A stretch of 64,000 nt of DNA from Deltaproteobacteria bacterium (GCA_016208255.1 JACQYK010000175.1:3944-67943), one strand, 5' to 3'. Counted from the stretch's first letter, positions 49,821 through 59,928 are shown. The notes: generated by a model not told the origin, from the sequence alone. A program made the numbers and translations.

Positions 49821-51272
49821 TTATTTCGAATAGCTCGCTTTTCGGTCCAGGAATTCGTGATAGCCGATAAACCGGCTGAGGGCTTTGGCCGCCGAAGGGA
49901 CGCTGGGATAGACCGGGATCCCTGCCTCCAGGCATTTTTGTTGGGCCTGAAGAACGGCATTGATCGTTTCCGCCCGTCCCCCGGCATAAAGGACGATGAC
50001 CAGGGGCTTGGACAGTTGTTTGGACAGCTTGAGGAGGATGCTGATGGTTTCGTCCAGAGACTGATTTAATCGCTGACCGGTCCCCCCATAGATATCGATC
50101 CCGAGATGGGTTAATATGATATCAATACCCGGATCCCTTTCAATGGCTTTCAGTCCTTCTTCATAAAAGGCGGCCCAGGCGGCCAATCCCTTGTCCGGTT
50201 CCACCGGATTCCGCGCGCTGGTCCCGGCGTCAGGGATCCGCTGCTCCAAGCGGGTTTGGGTGTCCGGGTGAAAGGGAGGGACCTTTAATCCCGCTTTTTC
50301 GCACATGTCCGTAGCCACCACCCCCAGTCCCCCGCCCCGGCCGACAATGCCAACGCGCCGCCCGGCCGGACGATGGAGATGGATGAAGGCCATGGCCACA
50401 TCCAGCAGTTCTTCCAGATCGTCGACCCGGATAACTCCGGTCTGTCTGAAAAAGGCCTCCCAGATGATTTCCGAACCGGCCAGGACCGCGGTGTGAGAGG
50501 CCGCTGCCCGGCTGCCGCCTTCGGTGATACCGGCTTTTAAGGCTATGACCGGTTTCCGTTCGGTGCATTCCCGGAGTACCTTGAGGTATCGCCGGCCATC
50601 CTTAACCCCTTCAAGATAAGAGGTGATCAAACGGGTCTCCGGATCGGTCGACAGATATTCGACGAAATCCGTTCCGTCGAGGTCAATGGCGTTTCCGTAA
50701 CTGACCACCTTGCTGAAATAAATACCCCTTTCATTCCCCTGGGCCACCACCCGGGAAGCCGAAGCCCCACTCTGGGAGACAAAGGCTACCGTACCCGGTT
50801 TCCTGGACAGGAACCGGCCGAAGGTGAGCCCCCCCTGGGGATAATAAAGACCCATACAATTGGGCCCGATCACCCTTATCCCCGCTTCCCTGGCAATCCT
50901 TTCTATTTCGTTCTGGAGCCTGATCCCTTCCGGCTTTCCGGTCTCACTGAAGCCGGCGGTGTAAACATGCACAAACTTGACCCCCTTGGAGGCACAATCA
51001 GACATGACCTGGTCCGACACCCGGAAGGGGACATTAAAGATAGCCAGATCCACCGGGCCGGGAACATCCTTTATGTTTGGATAAGCTTTGAGGCCCATGA
51101 TTTCGCCGGCTTTAGGATTGATCGGAAAGATTTTTCCGGAATAACCAAAGTCGATCAAGCGGGACACCCAGCCGTCGTTTTCCAGCGATTCGTTCGACCG
51201 GGCGCCAATGACAGCAATCGATCCGGGGTGAAATATTTCATCGATTACATCTTTCGATTCTGAAATAGTCAT
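49821..51272 (-). CDS. ADP-forming acyl-CoA synthetase, alpha part (CoA-binding plus CoA-ligase domains)
   Basis: 483 aa. SIAVIGARSN..., GPNCMG and FVSQSGA motifs are typical of the NDP-forming acyl-CoA synthetase/SucD-like superfamily. No ATP-grasp part is present. Confidence 0.82.
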   Translation of the reverse strand: MTISESKDVIDEIFHPGSIAVIGARSNESLENDGWVSRLIDFGYSGKIFPINPKAGEIMGLKAYPNIKDVPGPVDLAIFNVPFRVSDQVMSDCASKGVKFVHVYTAGFSETGKPEGIRLQNEIERIAREAGIRVIGPNCMGLYYPQGGLTFGRFLSRKPGTVAFVSQSGASASRVVAQGNERGIYFSKVVSYGNAIDLDGTDFVEYLSTDPETRLITSYLEGVKDGRRYLKVLRECTERKPVIALKAGITEGGSRAAASHTAVLAGSEIIWEAFFRQTGVIRVDDLEELLDVAMAFIHLHRPAGRRVGIVGRGGGLGVVATDMCEKAGLKVPPFHPDTQTRLEQRIPDAGTSARNPVEPDKGLAAWAAFYEEGLKAIERDPGIDIILTHLGIDIYGGTGQRLNQSLDETISILLKLSKQLSKPLVIVLYAGGRAETINAVLQAQQKCLEAGIPVYPSVPSAAKALSRFIGYHEFLDRKASYSK

Positions 51273-51383
51273 GATCTTCCTCTTGTTTGGTTATTAATAA
51301 TTATCATAGGGTAATTAAAAGTGTCAAGGCAGCCAAAGGTCTACCCGGCCCCTTAGGGTTCCCATATATTGTCTTATATCACA

Positions 51384-51470
51384 TTTAATACGAAAATAGA
51401 GTTCGGCGTCAAATGAACTCTGTTTTCATGTCTGGTGGTGTCACGTCCCTGTCGGGGCATGACGGTTTAG
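51384..51470 (+). repeat. Family B repeat, copy B4
   Basis: TTTAATACGAAAATAgagttcggcgtcaaatgaactctgTTTTCATGTCTGGTGGTGTCACGTCCCTGTCGGGGCATGACGGTTTAG. Confidence 0.7.
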
Positions 51471-51561
51471 GTTTGACTTGTCAGTCTAAGGAAGATATAC
51501 AAAAAGATAATCCGATCGGGCCAGATACAGCCTGATCACCAAAACACAATGGAGGAAAACG

Positions 51562-52761
51562 ATGACCGACCACCTGCCTTTTGCCAATCCTCAGGAAGTG
51601 GGGATGTCTGCGGAACGTTTGAAACTTATCCGGCCTATGATCCAAAAATATAAGGATCTGCAGTGGATCCCCGGCGCGGTCACCATGGTTGCCCGTCAGG
51701 GGAAAATCGTTCATTTTGAGGTTCAGGGTTTTCAGAATATTGAAAAGCAGATCCCCATGACCAGGGACACCATTTTTCGCATGGCTTCGATGACCAAGCC
51801 GATAACTTCCGTGGCCTTGATGATGTTGTATGAACAGGGCAAATTTCAGCTGGGAGATCCCATTTCCAAATGGCTTCCGGCTTTTAAGGAAATGAAAGTG
51901 GCCGTTTATAAAAATGGAAGAGGGTATGATCTGGTGCCGGCCGACCCTCCCATCAATGTCTGGCATATCCTGACCCACACGGCCGGTTTTGCCACCGAAT
52001 ACAATCCTAAAAACCTGGAGATTTACAAGGAAGCCACAAAATTCCGCAGCCGTAAAGAGGTCATCGGCGATTTTGTGGACCGGATGGCCACGGTTCCCCT
52101 TAACAATCACCCCGGGACTATGTGGGATTATTCCCGGGCAACCTGTGTGGTGGGCCGCCTGGTCGAGGTATTATCCGGACAAACCCTGGCCGATTTTTTT
52201 AAAGAGCATATTTTCGAGCCATTGGGCATGGTGGATTCTTATTTTTTTCTGCCGGAAGAAAAACTGTCCCGCTTTGCCGTGGCCTACACGCCGGGGGAGG
52301 ATAAAAAAATCATCGTGACCGATCCTGATACGACGGAGAGTTTTTGGCTCAGCAAACCCGGCATTTATTATATGGGCTCCGGCGGACTGGTCTCGACCGC
52401 CTCAGATTATTTTCGCTTCGCCAATATGCTGATGAACTGGGGAAAGCACGGAGAGAAGCGGATTCTGGGCCGGAAAACCATTGAATTGATGACCAGGAAT
52501 CATATCGGGAATAGACCGATCTGGCTGACAGGCCCGGGGCATGGCTTCGGCCTGGGGTTCGGGGTTTCTTTGGACCGGGGGGAAACCCATAATATGGTCA
52601 GCGAAGGCACCTATACCTGGGGCGGCGCCTTTTGTACCTATTGGTGGAACGATCCCCAAGAAAAATTATTCGGCATGGTTCTTACCCAGGTGCGCCCCTA
52701 CGATCATCTTAATATCCGGGCGGATATGCAGACGATGGCCACCCAGGCCATAGATGATTGA
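51562..52761 (+). CDS. Serine hydrolase, beta-lactamase/esterase (class C-like) family
   Basis: 399 aa. The S-x-x-K motif is ASMTKPITS, and a G-x-G-G occurs later. Confidence 0.88.
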   Translation: MTDHLPFANPQEVGMSAERLKLIRPMIQKYKDLQWIPGAVTMVARQGKIVHFEVQGFQNIEKQIPMTRDTIFRMASMTKPITSVALMMLYEQGKFQLGDPISKWLPAFKEMKVAVYKNGRGYDLVPADPPINVWHILTHTAGFATEYNPKNLEIYKEATKFRSRKEVIGDFVDRMATVPLNNHPGTMWDYSRATCVVGRLVEVLSGQTLADFFKEHIFEPLGMVDSYFFLPEEKLSRFAVAYTPGEDKKIIVTDPDTTESFWLSKPGIYYMGSGGLVSTASDYFRFANMLMNWGKHGEKRILGRKTIELMTRNHIGNRPIWLTGPGHGFGLGFGVSLDRGETHNMVSEGTYTWGGAFCTYWWNDPQEKLFGMVLTQVRPYDHLNIRADMQTMATQAIDD

Positions 52762-52933
52762 ATGTTTCGGGCCGGAGCGCTGCATGTTCGAAAGCAATTT
52801 CCCGGTGGATAAGCTTTCTCTGTCTTACCCGGTGGTCTGGAATGCCTTCAAAAAAATGGTAGCCGACTTTACCGAGCCAGAAAAAGACGCCCTTTTCCGG
52901 GGGACGGCAACAAAGGTTTATCGTCTAGCTTAG
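52754..52933 (+). pseudogene. 3' remnant of an amidohydrolase-2 family gene (last ~55 codons)
   Basis: My own translation: FGPERCMFESNFPVDKLSLSYPVVWNAFKKMVADFTEPEKDALFRGTATKVYRLA*. This is the typical C-terminus of PF04909-type amidohydrolases. No upstream body is present. Confidence 0.6.
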
Positions 52934-52967
52934 GAAGCTCGGGATCATCTTTTTTTAATATTTATCA

Positions 52968-53030
52968 GACAGGATTTACAGGATTACCTTGATTTTGTGC
53001 CTTTCGACTTTTCTGCCTGAAAGCCGCAGT
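52968..53030 (-). repeat. Family A element, truncated copy A5
   Basis: GACAGGATTTACAGGATTACCTTGATTTTGTGCCTTTCGACTT... matches the same end of A3/A4, but the rest is missing. Confidence 0.7.
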
Positions 53031-53065
53031 CCTCTAACCCATTTTTTTCTTTAGACTGATGATTA

Positions 53066-55852
53066 TTACTTTTTCTTTTTCTTATCCATCTTTTCTTGGA
53101 TGGCCGCCTGGGCCGCGGCCAGGCGGGCGATGGGTACCCGGAAGGGGGAACAGCTCACATAATCCAAATTGAGGGAATGGCAGAAGGCTACCGATTTCGG
53201 TTCTCCTCCGTGTTCCCCGCAGATCCCGATTTTCAGAGTCTTCTTGACCTTCCGGCCTTTTTCAACGGCTATTTTCATAAAGGCTCCAACCCCATCCAGG
53301 TCGATGGTGATAAAGGGATCATCGGGGAGAATCCGCTGTTCCTGGTAAAAGGGCAGGAACCGGCCGGCATCGTCCCTGGACAACCCGTATACGGTTTGAG
53401 TCAGGTCATTGGTGCCGAAGGAATAAAAGTCGGCCTGAACAGCCACTTCATCAGAGGTGATGCAGGCCCTGGGAAGCTCGATCATGGTTCCCACCAGGTA
53501 GTTGACCTTGACCTTGCTTTCTTTCCGGACGGCTTCGGCGGTCTGGATGGTCAGCTTGCGCATGGATTCCAGTTCATTGACATGACCGACCAGGGGAATC
53601 ATGATTTCCGGAATGACTTTGGTCTTTTTTTGAGTCAATTCGCAGGCCGCCTCCATAATGGCCTGGACCTGCATTTCATAAATTTCCGGGAAGGTAATAC
53701 CCAGCCGGCAGCCCCGGTGGCCGAGCATGGGATTGAATTCGTGGAGGGATTCATTTTTGGCCTTCAGTTGCGTAAAGGGGATATTCATTTCCCGGGACAG
53801 TTCCTGGAGTTCCTCACTGGTTTTGGGCAAAAATTCGTGCAAGGGCGGGTCCAAAAGCCGGATGGTCACCGGAAGGCCCTCCATGGCCTGGAAGATCCCG
53901 ATAAAATCCCCTCTTTGCATGGGCAGAAGTTTGGCCAGGGCCTTTTGGCGCCCTTCCAAGGTATCGGACAGGATCATCTCCCGTACCGACCGAATCCTTT
54001 CGGTGTCGAAAAACATATGTTCCGTACGGCACAACCCGATGCCTTCGGCCCCGAAAGAGCGGGCGATACTGGCGTCCTCCGGCCGGTCGGCATTGGTCCT
54101 GATTTTTAATTTTCGGTTTTGATCGGCCCATTTCATCATTTTCAGATACCAGGGATTACTGGCCGGATCGGCCGGCAATAATTTGAGCTGGCCTTCAAAG
54201 ACCCGACCCCTGGTGCCGTCCATGGTGATCCAATCCCCTTCCCGGAGTATTCGGCCGTTGACTCGAATTATTTTTTCATGGGCATCGATATCCAAGGCAT
54301 TGGCCCCGACCACGCAGCATTTTCCCCAACCCCGGGCCACCAGGGCGGCATGACTGGTCATACCCCCTTTGGCGGTCAGAATGGCCTGGGCGGCATGCAT
54401 CCCGTGGACATCCTCGGGAGAGGTTTCATTTCGGACCAGGATCACCTTTTTCCCCTGTTTGTTCCAGGCCTCGGCGGCATCGGCGGTAAAAACGATCTGC
54501 CCGACGGCCCCACCCGGACCGGCCGGGAGCCCCTTGACTAATTCCAGGGCCTTTTTTCCGGCTTCCGAATCAACACTGGGATGCAGGAGCTCGTCGATCT
54601 GATCGGGATTGACCCGGAGAAGGGCCGTTTCCTTGCTGATCAACCGGGACTCAGCCATTTCCACGGCCATTCGGATGGCCGCCTGACCGTTTCTTTTTCC
54701 GGTACGGGTTTGAAGCATCCAGAGTTTGCCATCTTCGATGGTGAACTCGATATCCTGCATATCGGTATAATGTTTTTCCAGCCTCTTCTCAATTTTGAAT
54801 AATTGTCGGTATATATCCGGCATCATTTCTTCCAGGGAAGTAAGATGGCGGGTATCCGAGGTCTTTCCCGCCTTATTGACCGGATTGGGGGTACGGATGC
54901 CGGCTACCACATCTTCTCCCTGGGCATTGGGCAGCCACTCGCCGTAGAACATATCTTCACCGGTGGCCGGATTCCTGGTAAAGGCCACCCCCGTCGCCGA
55001 AGTATCACCGGTATTGCCGAAGACCATGGCCTGGACATTAACCGCCGTCCCCCAGTCTTCCGGAATCCCCTCAATCTTACGATAAGAAACCGCCCTTTTC
55101 CCCATCCAGGATTGAAAGACCGCTCCTATGCCACCCATCAGTTGCTTTTGGGGATCATCGGGAAATTCCTCTTTAAGAGTATCCTTGATGATGGTTTTGA
55201 AGTCTTCACACAATATTTTAAGGTCCTCTGAAGTCAGGTCCGTATCCTGATGGACCCCTTTCTTATCCTTCATCCGGTCCATGGCCTGGTCCAATTGGTG
55301 TCGGATTCCCTGTCCATCGGCCGGTTCGATGCCGGCGGCCTTTTCCATGACCACATCGGCATACATCATCAACAGGCGGCGATAAGCATCGTAGACAAAG
55401 CGCGGGTTCCGGGTTCTTTTGATCAGGCCGGGAATAGTTCTGGTGGTCAGCCCCAGGTTAAGGACGGTTTCCATCATGCCGGGCATGGATCTTCTGGCCC
55501 CGGAGCGGACGGACAGCAGTAGAGGGTCTTCAGGGTCTCCGTATTTCCGGCCCATAATCTTTTCCACCCTGGCCAGGGCGGTATTGATTTGTTGAGGCAG
55601 TTCCCTGGGATAAGTTTGTTGGTGTTGATAGTAATAAGTGCAGACCTCGGTCGTTAAGGTAAACCCGGCCGGAACCGTGACCCCCAGGTTGGTCATCTCA
55701 GCCAGATTGGCCCCTTTGCCTCCCAGCAGGTTTTTCATATCGGCATTCCCGTCGGCCTTGCCATTCCCGAAGAAATAGACATATTTTTTAGATCTGACGG
55801 GCTTGGATGATTTCTTAGCTATGTTTTTTCCTTTTCCTTTGTTTTTAATCAT
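53066..55852 (-). CDS. ppdK: Pyruvate, phosphate dikinase
   Basis: 928 aa. N-terminal GGKGANLAEM, phospho-His loop GGMTSHAALVARGWG and a C-terminal PEP-utilising TIM-barrel motif (GICGEHGG). Confidence 0.96.
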   Translation of the reverse strand: MIKNKGKGKNIAKKSSKPVRSKKYVYFFGNGKADGNADMKNLLGGKGANLAEMTNLGVTVPAGFTLTTEVCTYYYQHQQTYPRELPQQINTALARVEKIMGRKYGDPEDPLLLSVRSGARRSMPGMMETVLNLGLTTRTIPGLIKRTRNPRFVYDAYRRLLMMYADVVMEKAAGIEPADGQGIRHQLDQAMDRMKDKKGVHQDTDLTSEDLKILCEDFKTIIKDTLKEEFPDDPQKQLMGGIGAVFQSWMGKRAVSYRKIEGIPEDWGTAVNVQAMVFGNTGDTSATGVAFTRNPATGEDMFYGEWLPNAQGEDVVAGIRTPNPVNKAGKTSDTRHLTSLEEMMPDIYRQLFKIEKRLEKHYTDMQDIEFTIEDGKLWMLQTRTGKRNGQAAIRMAVEMAESRLISKETALLRVNPDQIDELLHPSVDSEAGKKALELVKGLPAGPGGAVGQIVFTADAAEAWNKQGKKVILVRNETSPEDVHGMHAAQAILTAKGGMTSHAALVARGWGKCCVVGANALDIDAHEKIIRVNGRILREGDWITMDGTRGRVFEGQLKLLPADPASNPWYLKMMKWADQNRKLKIRTNADRPEDASIARSFGAEGIGLCRTEHMFFDTERIRSVREMILSDTLEGRQKALAKLLPMQRGDFIGIFQAMEGLPVTIRLLDPPLHEFLPKTSEELQELSREMNIPFTQLKAKNESLHEFNPMLGHRGCRLGITFPEIYEMQVQAIMEAACELTQKKTKVIPEIMIPLVGHVNELESMRKLTIQTAEAVRKESKVKVNYLVGTMIELPRACITSDEVAVQADFYSFGTNDLTQTVYGLSRDDAGRFLPFYQEQRILPDDPFITIDLDGVGAFMKIAVEKGRKVKKTLKIGICGEHGGEPKSVAFCHSLNLDYVSCSPFRVPIARLAAAQAAIQEKMDKKKKK

Positions 55853-55982
55853 GCTTTGGCACCTCCTTAAGTTGAATAATTAGAAAACAAAAAAAGGCAG
55901 GGAAAGTGACGGATGTTAAGCGGCAAGAAAGGCTGAAAAAAGTCCATCAATGGTTATCTCGTCACCGTCACCTTTTATTTCT

Positions 55983-56966
55983 TTACCACCGAATAAGGGC
56001 GCTGCCCCAGGTCAGGCCTCCGCCAAAGGCGGTCAGCAAAACCAGGTGTCCTTTGTGAATGGCCCCGCTGCGGACGGCCTCATCCAGGGCAATGGCTATG
56101 GAGGCCGAAGAGATGTTGCCGTACTTCTGGATGGTCATGAAAAATTTCTCCATCGGCAGGTCCAGACGTTTGGCCAAAGACTGGATCATGCGCAGATTGG
56201 CCTGATGAGGAATGACCCAATCCACGTCTTTAATGGAAAATCCATTGGCCTCCACCGCCTCATGACAGGCATCGGCAAAATGCTTGACCGCCACCCGAAC
56301 CGAAGCGCTGGCTTCGATCAGTTTGAGGGTATGAAGATCTTTGTCCACACTTTCGTGAGAGATAGGGGTGGTCTTGGAACCCCCTCCGGGCATCAATAGA
56401 TTGGTTCCATTGGCCCCATCGGTATGGATGTGGCTGGAAAGGATTTCGGAACCGGTTCCCTTTCCTGAAAGTAAGACCGCCCCGGCCCCGTCCCCCCAAA
56501 GGATGGCGGTGGCCCGATCTTTCCAGTTCAAAGTCCTGGTCATAATTTCCGAGGCCACGACCAGGACGTTGTTGACTGTTCCGGCCTTTAAATATTGTTC
56601 GGCCACGTTGAGGCCAAAAATAAAACCGGAGCAGGCCGCGGTGACATCAAAAGTGACCGCCTGGGGGGCGTCCATTTTAGCCTGAAGCCAGTTGGCGCCG
56701 GCCGGACAATGGGTATCGGGGGTTATGGTGGCCATAATGATCAACTGGACTTCTTCGACTTTTACCTGAGCCATTTCCAAGGCTGAGCGGGAGGCCTCCA
56801 GGGCCAGGTCGGAAGCGGCAATCTCCGGCTCGGCCATTCGTCTTTCATGGATCCCTGTTCGTTGGGAAATCCATTCATCCGTGGTGTCTAAAATAGCTTC
56901 AATATCTCGGTTGTGAAGGATTCGGGGCGGCAAATAGCTTCCTGTTCCCAGGATATGAATCGACAT
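55983..56966 (-). CDS. fabH: Beta-ketoacyl-ACP synthase III
   Basis: 327 aa. Active-site AACSGF, plus HQAN and AFGGGLTWG. Confidence 0.94.
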   Translation of the reverse strand: MSIHILGTGSYLPPRILHNRDIEAILDTTDEWISQRTGIHERRMAEPEIAASDLALEASRSALEMAQVKVEEVQLIIMATITPDTHCPAGANWLQAKMDAPQAVTFDVTAACSGFIFGLNVAEQYLKAGTVNNVLVVASEIMTRTLNWKDRATAILWGDGAGAVLLSGKGTGSEILSSHIHTDGANGTNLLMPGGGSKTTPISHESVDKDLHTLKLIEASASVRVAVKHFADACHEAVEANGFSIKDVDWVIPHQANLRMIQSLAKRLDLPMEKFFMTIQKYGNISSASIAIALDEAVRSGAIHKGHLVLLTAFGGGLTWGSALIRW

Positions 56967-57135
56967 AGCGCGTTAACTCCTTAACAGATAGAGACGTTTT
57001 GGCCTGTTGAATTACAATGATCGGTTAGGCCCCGACTTTGAAAGACCAGGAAAATAACGAATTGATTGAGATTACAGAATCATGGGTAATCTGTCAACAC
57101 CCTAATCGTTAAATTATTTTTATTTTTTGTCTGAA

Positions 57136-58239
57136 TTACCAGCGGGCCTTGAATCCCCTGGTGTCGATGTGGATCGAAGGGCCGTCCCTTCCCCGGTCAA
57201 AAATTCCCACTCCTCCCGGCAAGCCGGTTATTATTTCAATTTCCTCAATAAATTTGAACAGGACCATGAGGTCATCCCGGTCCAGGCGACCATCCCGATT
57301 CAAGTCATCCATCCGGTTGTCCTTAGGTGAGAGGTCGACAATAATATCGGCGGCATCGCCGTAAATATGCCTGCTCCAAAGGGCTCCGGAAACCGATTGA
57401 TTGTAGCGGGGAGGGCGAAATCCGCTGAGAATGGTTAAACGGGCCTCCGGGTTTTGAGAATAATGTTTCAGAAATAAGGTCATCCATTCCAATTTCAGCA
57501 GAAGGGCAGGGGAAAGGGCGATAAATTGAGGGAAAGGAAGGCTGAGGTGGCAGATAAAATCCTGCAAACGATAATGTTGAGAAAGGAACGCTTCCCGGTT
57601 TAAGTTTGTGACTTCGATAAATCCTTTTGGGGGCAGATAACAGGATCGGGCGGTTTTGGGGATAACCTTCTCCGGGGCCCCTTCGGGATTGGGGTAGAAA
57701 CCTAAAGGGTACTGATCAAGAAACCCGTTTTTGATTCTGGAAAAAGGGTGAAGGACGATGACCAGCAGGGTAGGCCCGGTTTTTTCTCCTTCGGTCCTTT
57801 GGCTGAAATCAGAAGATCCGGATTTCTGATTCAGGATCTGCCGGCTTATAATTTTCAAGGGATAAAAACCAGGATCTTTGGGAACGGTCCCTGAATAGCG
57901 GTTATTGGCTTCCGGTTTCATGGGATTCCCGTTAAAAAAAACGGACCAGTATTCGGTTTCCGACCGAAAATTGAACTGATTTCCGCCCGCCGTTGGAATT
58001 TCAGTCTGGATTCGGATGACCAGGGGATCTCCGGGAAGCAAAAACAGCGTGGGAACCAGAGGAGAAATCTTCTGGCCGTTAACCTCTATTCGCATACCGG
58101 GAAATTCCGGCAGCGGAAGACCCTGAGGAAGCGGAATCGGTGGAGGTTTATAGGCCACTTTTTTTTTGGCGCAGCCGATCAATAAAAATAAAAAGAAGAA
58201 GGGCAATAAAAGAAGGATGCTTTTGGATTGCTTGGGCAT
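57136..58239 (-). CDS. Lipoprotein with a C-terminal peptidase M15A (YcbK/DUF882-like) domain
   Basis: 367 aa. Lipobox LLIGCA, then SGFRPPRYN...SRHIYGDAADI...IHIDTRG (H/D/H zinc pattern). An inserted EF-hand/dockerin-like loop reads DLNRDGRLDRDD. Confidence 0.72.
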   Translation of the reverse strand: MPKQSKSILLLLPFFFLFLLIGCAKKKVAYKPPPIPLPQGLPLPEFPGMRIEVNGQKISPLVPTLFLLPGDPLVIRIQTEIPTAGGNQFNFRSETEYWSVFFNGNPMKPEANNRYSGTVPKDPGFYPLKIISRQILNQKSGSSDFSQRTEGEKTGPTLLVIVLHPFSRIKNGFLDQYPLGFYPNPEGAPEKVIPKTARSCYLPPKGFIEVTNLNREAFLSQHYRLQDFICHLSLPFPQFIALSPALLLKLEWMTLFLKHYSQNPEARLTILSGFRPPRYNQSVSGALWSRHIYGDAADIIVDLSPKDNRMDDLNRDGRLDRDDLMVLFKFIEEIEIITGLPGGVGIFDRGRDGPSIHIDTRGFKARW

Positions 58240-58538
58240 ATGGACTATCGGTTCTAAAATCGCTCGGATGCCTAAGTCTAAAATATGAAAAATTTGAGGT
58301 CAAGCCGAAAACAACTTACAAAAAAGTTTTCATATTTTTAGCGCGTGGCTTATAATAGCCAGCAGGTCTGAAAAAAAGGTGACCCGCCCTCCGACCCCAG
58401 GCCCGACCTTATCTTGTTTACCTTACAGAGGATCGGCAATAAGGAGGATATTGGACTTACGGATAGCGGACGGCTATCAGCCAATAGTAGACAGCTTAAA
58501 GCACTATAAAAAAGGTTTCGCTAAAAGCTGAGCGCTAA

Positions 58539-59176
58539 TTGCTGATGGCTGAAGTAAGGCAGGGAGCAATGCCGATGAACAATCACCCGGGGTACAGCAG
58601 AGGACCGTGGAGAAAAATAATCTTCTTTATTTATTGTTTCTGCCCGGTTACGGCCTGGGTTTTTCTTTTAAGTGCCTGTCCGGTCCGGGCCGAAATAAGG
58701 CTGGAGACCATCAAACTCCCGAAGGGCTTTTTAATCGAGCTCTATGCCGGGAAAGTTGAAGGGGCCCGTTCCCTGACCCTGGGACCCAAAGGGGTCGTCT
58801 TTGTCGGCAGCCACAGGCCGGGTAAGGTTTACGCCCTGCTGGACCGGAACGCCGATCAGCGGGTCGAGGAAGTGATTACCCTGGCTGAGGGTCTGGAATC
58901 GCCCAACGGGGTGGCCTTTCGCCAGGGGTCCCTTTACGTAGCCGAGATTTCCAGGATACTTAGATTTGAGGATATCGTTAATCGCCTCCATAATCCCCCC
59001 AAGCCGGTTGTGGTCAATGACACTTTTCCCAGAGACAGACACCACGGCTGGAAATTCATCGCCTTCTGGCCTGGGGAAGGCCGGTGGATATCCTGGTTAT
59101 GCCCGACGGCGCCCTCCTGGTCTCCGACGACAAGGCCGGTGCCGTTTATCGCATCAGCTATAAAAAACCCCGTTAA
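58539..59176 (+). pseudogene. PQQ-dependent sugar/sorbosone dehydrogenase family gene with a large internal deletion
   Basis: The N-terminal ~175 aa (...LESPNGVAFRQGSLYVAEI...RHHGWKFIAF) are joined out of frame near 59066-59080 to the last ~31 codons (PVDILVMPDGALLVSDDKAGAVYRISYKKPR*, stop at 59174-59176). About 200 aa of the beta-propeller are missing. Confidence 0.72.
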
Positions 59177-59236
59177 CTTTTCAATGGGGGTGCTGTGAAC
59201 TGAGCCAGGTCAGCCAGGCCTAATTCACCCTCGATT

Positions 59237-59863
59237 TCACTTATCTGCCTCGACCTTTTCAAAGCCGTCTTCGCCAAACTGCTGGTGCTCGATATCTTCA
59301 AATTTTTCATTCATCTCATCGAGTTGTTTGGCGGTCAGAATCTGCTTCCAGGCCGGAAAAACGATGGTATCTTCTCTGGCCGCATGGGGCCGGTACATTC
59401 GCGCCAGGGACTCCAGGGCCAGGGCCAATGGCTTTGTATTGTTAGCCTCCAATTTGGTTCCCTGTGTTAATTCAAGAATATAATCGGTTATCTCGCGTCC
59501 TCGTTGATGTTGCGTGATAAGGATGTCAGGGTAGTTGGCTGCTTCACCGCCTGCATTCTTGACTGCCGGGAAGATGTAGGCCTCTTCCAATTTCTTTTCG
59601 TGATACTCTTCACCGAAGTCACAAAAGAGCCTGGCGGTTTTCTGGAGGCTCGCAGGTGAAACAGAGGAGGAATCGTTCCGGAGTCTAAGGGCTGCCTCAC
59701 TGTAAATGAATAAGGCCCTCCGCAAGATCCCATGCTCACGCATGAGATCTTCACTCGCGGTAACCTCTTCGCTCCCTTCCTTCTTTGCACACCCTCCCAG
59801 AATAACCCCGAGGCTTGATGCACCAGCACCTGCTATGAATTGTCGTCTTGAAAGTTTACCCAT
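59237..59863 (-). CDS. Hemerythrin-like domain protein with a Tat/lipoprotein signal
   Basis: 208 aa. SRRQFIAGAG...LGGCAKK, then MREHGILRRAL and an HHE-type helical repeat. Confidence 0.78.
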   Translation of the reverse strand: MGKLSRRQFIAGAGASSLGVILGGCAKKEGSEEVTASEDLMREHGILRRALFIYSEAALRLRNDSSSVSPASLQKTARLFCDFGEEYHEKKLEEAYIFPAVKNAGGEAANYPDILITQHQRGREITDYILELTQGTKLEANNTKPLALALESLARMYRPHAAREDTIVFPAWKQILTAKQLDEMNEKFEDIEHQQFGEDGFEKVEADK

Positions 59864-59928
59864 GTCGTGTCCCTCCTTTCGTCAGATTGGGATTGTGGAA
59901 TTCTGTCTTTTTGTTATTGACCCATCCT

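Noticed and set aside
53096-54109. 337-aa plus-strand ORF (and several others) opposite ppdK
   Set aside because: It is antisense to a 928-aa gene with unmistakable PPDK motifs. The product is repetitive and G/P/D/F-rich with no recognisable domain.
58440-58540. Imperfect inverted words (GGCTATCAGCCAAT / ATTGCTGATGGCTGA) upstream of the PQQ-DH pseudogene
   Set aside because: They are short and imperfect, occur only once in the window, and give no consistent structure.
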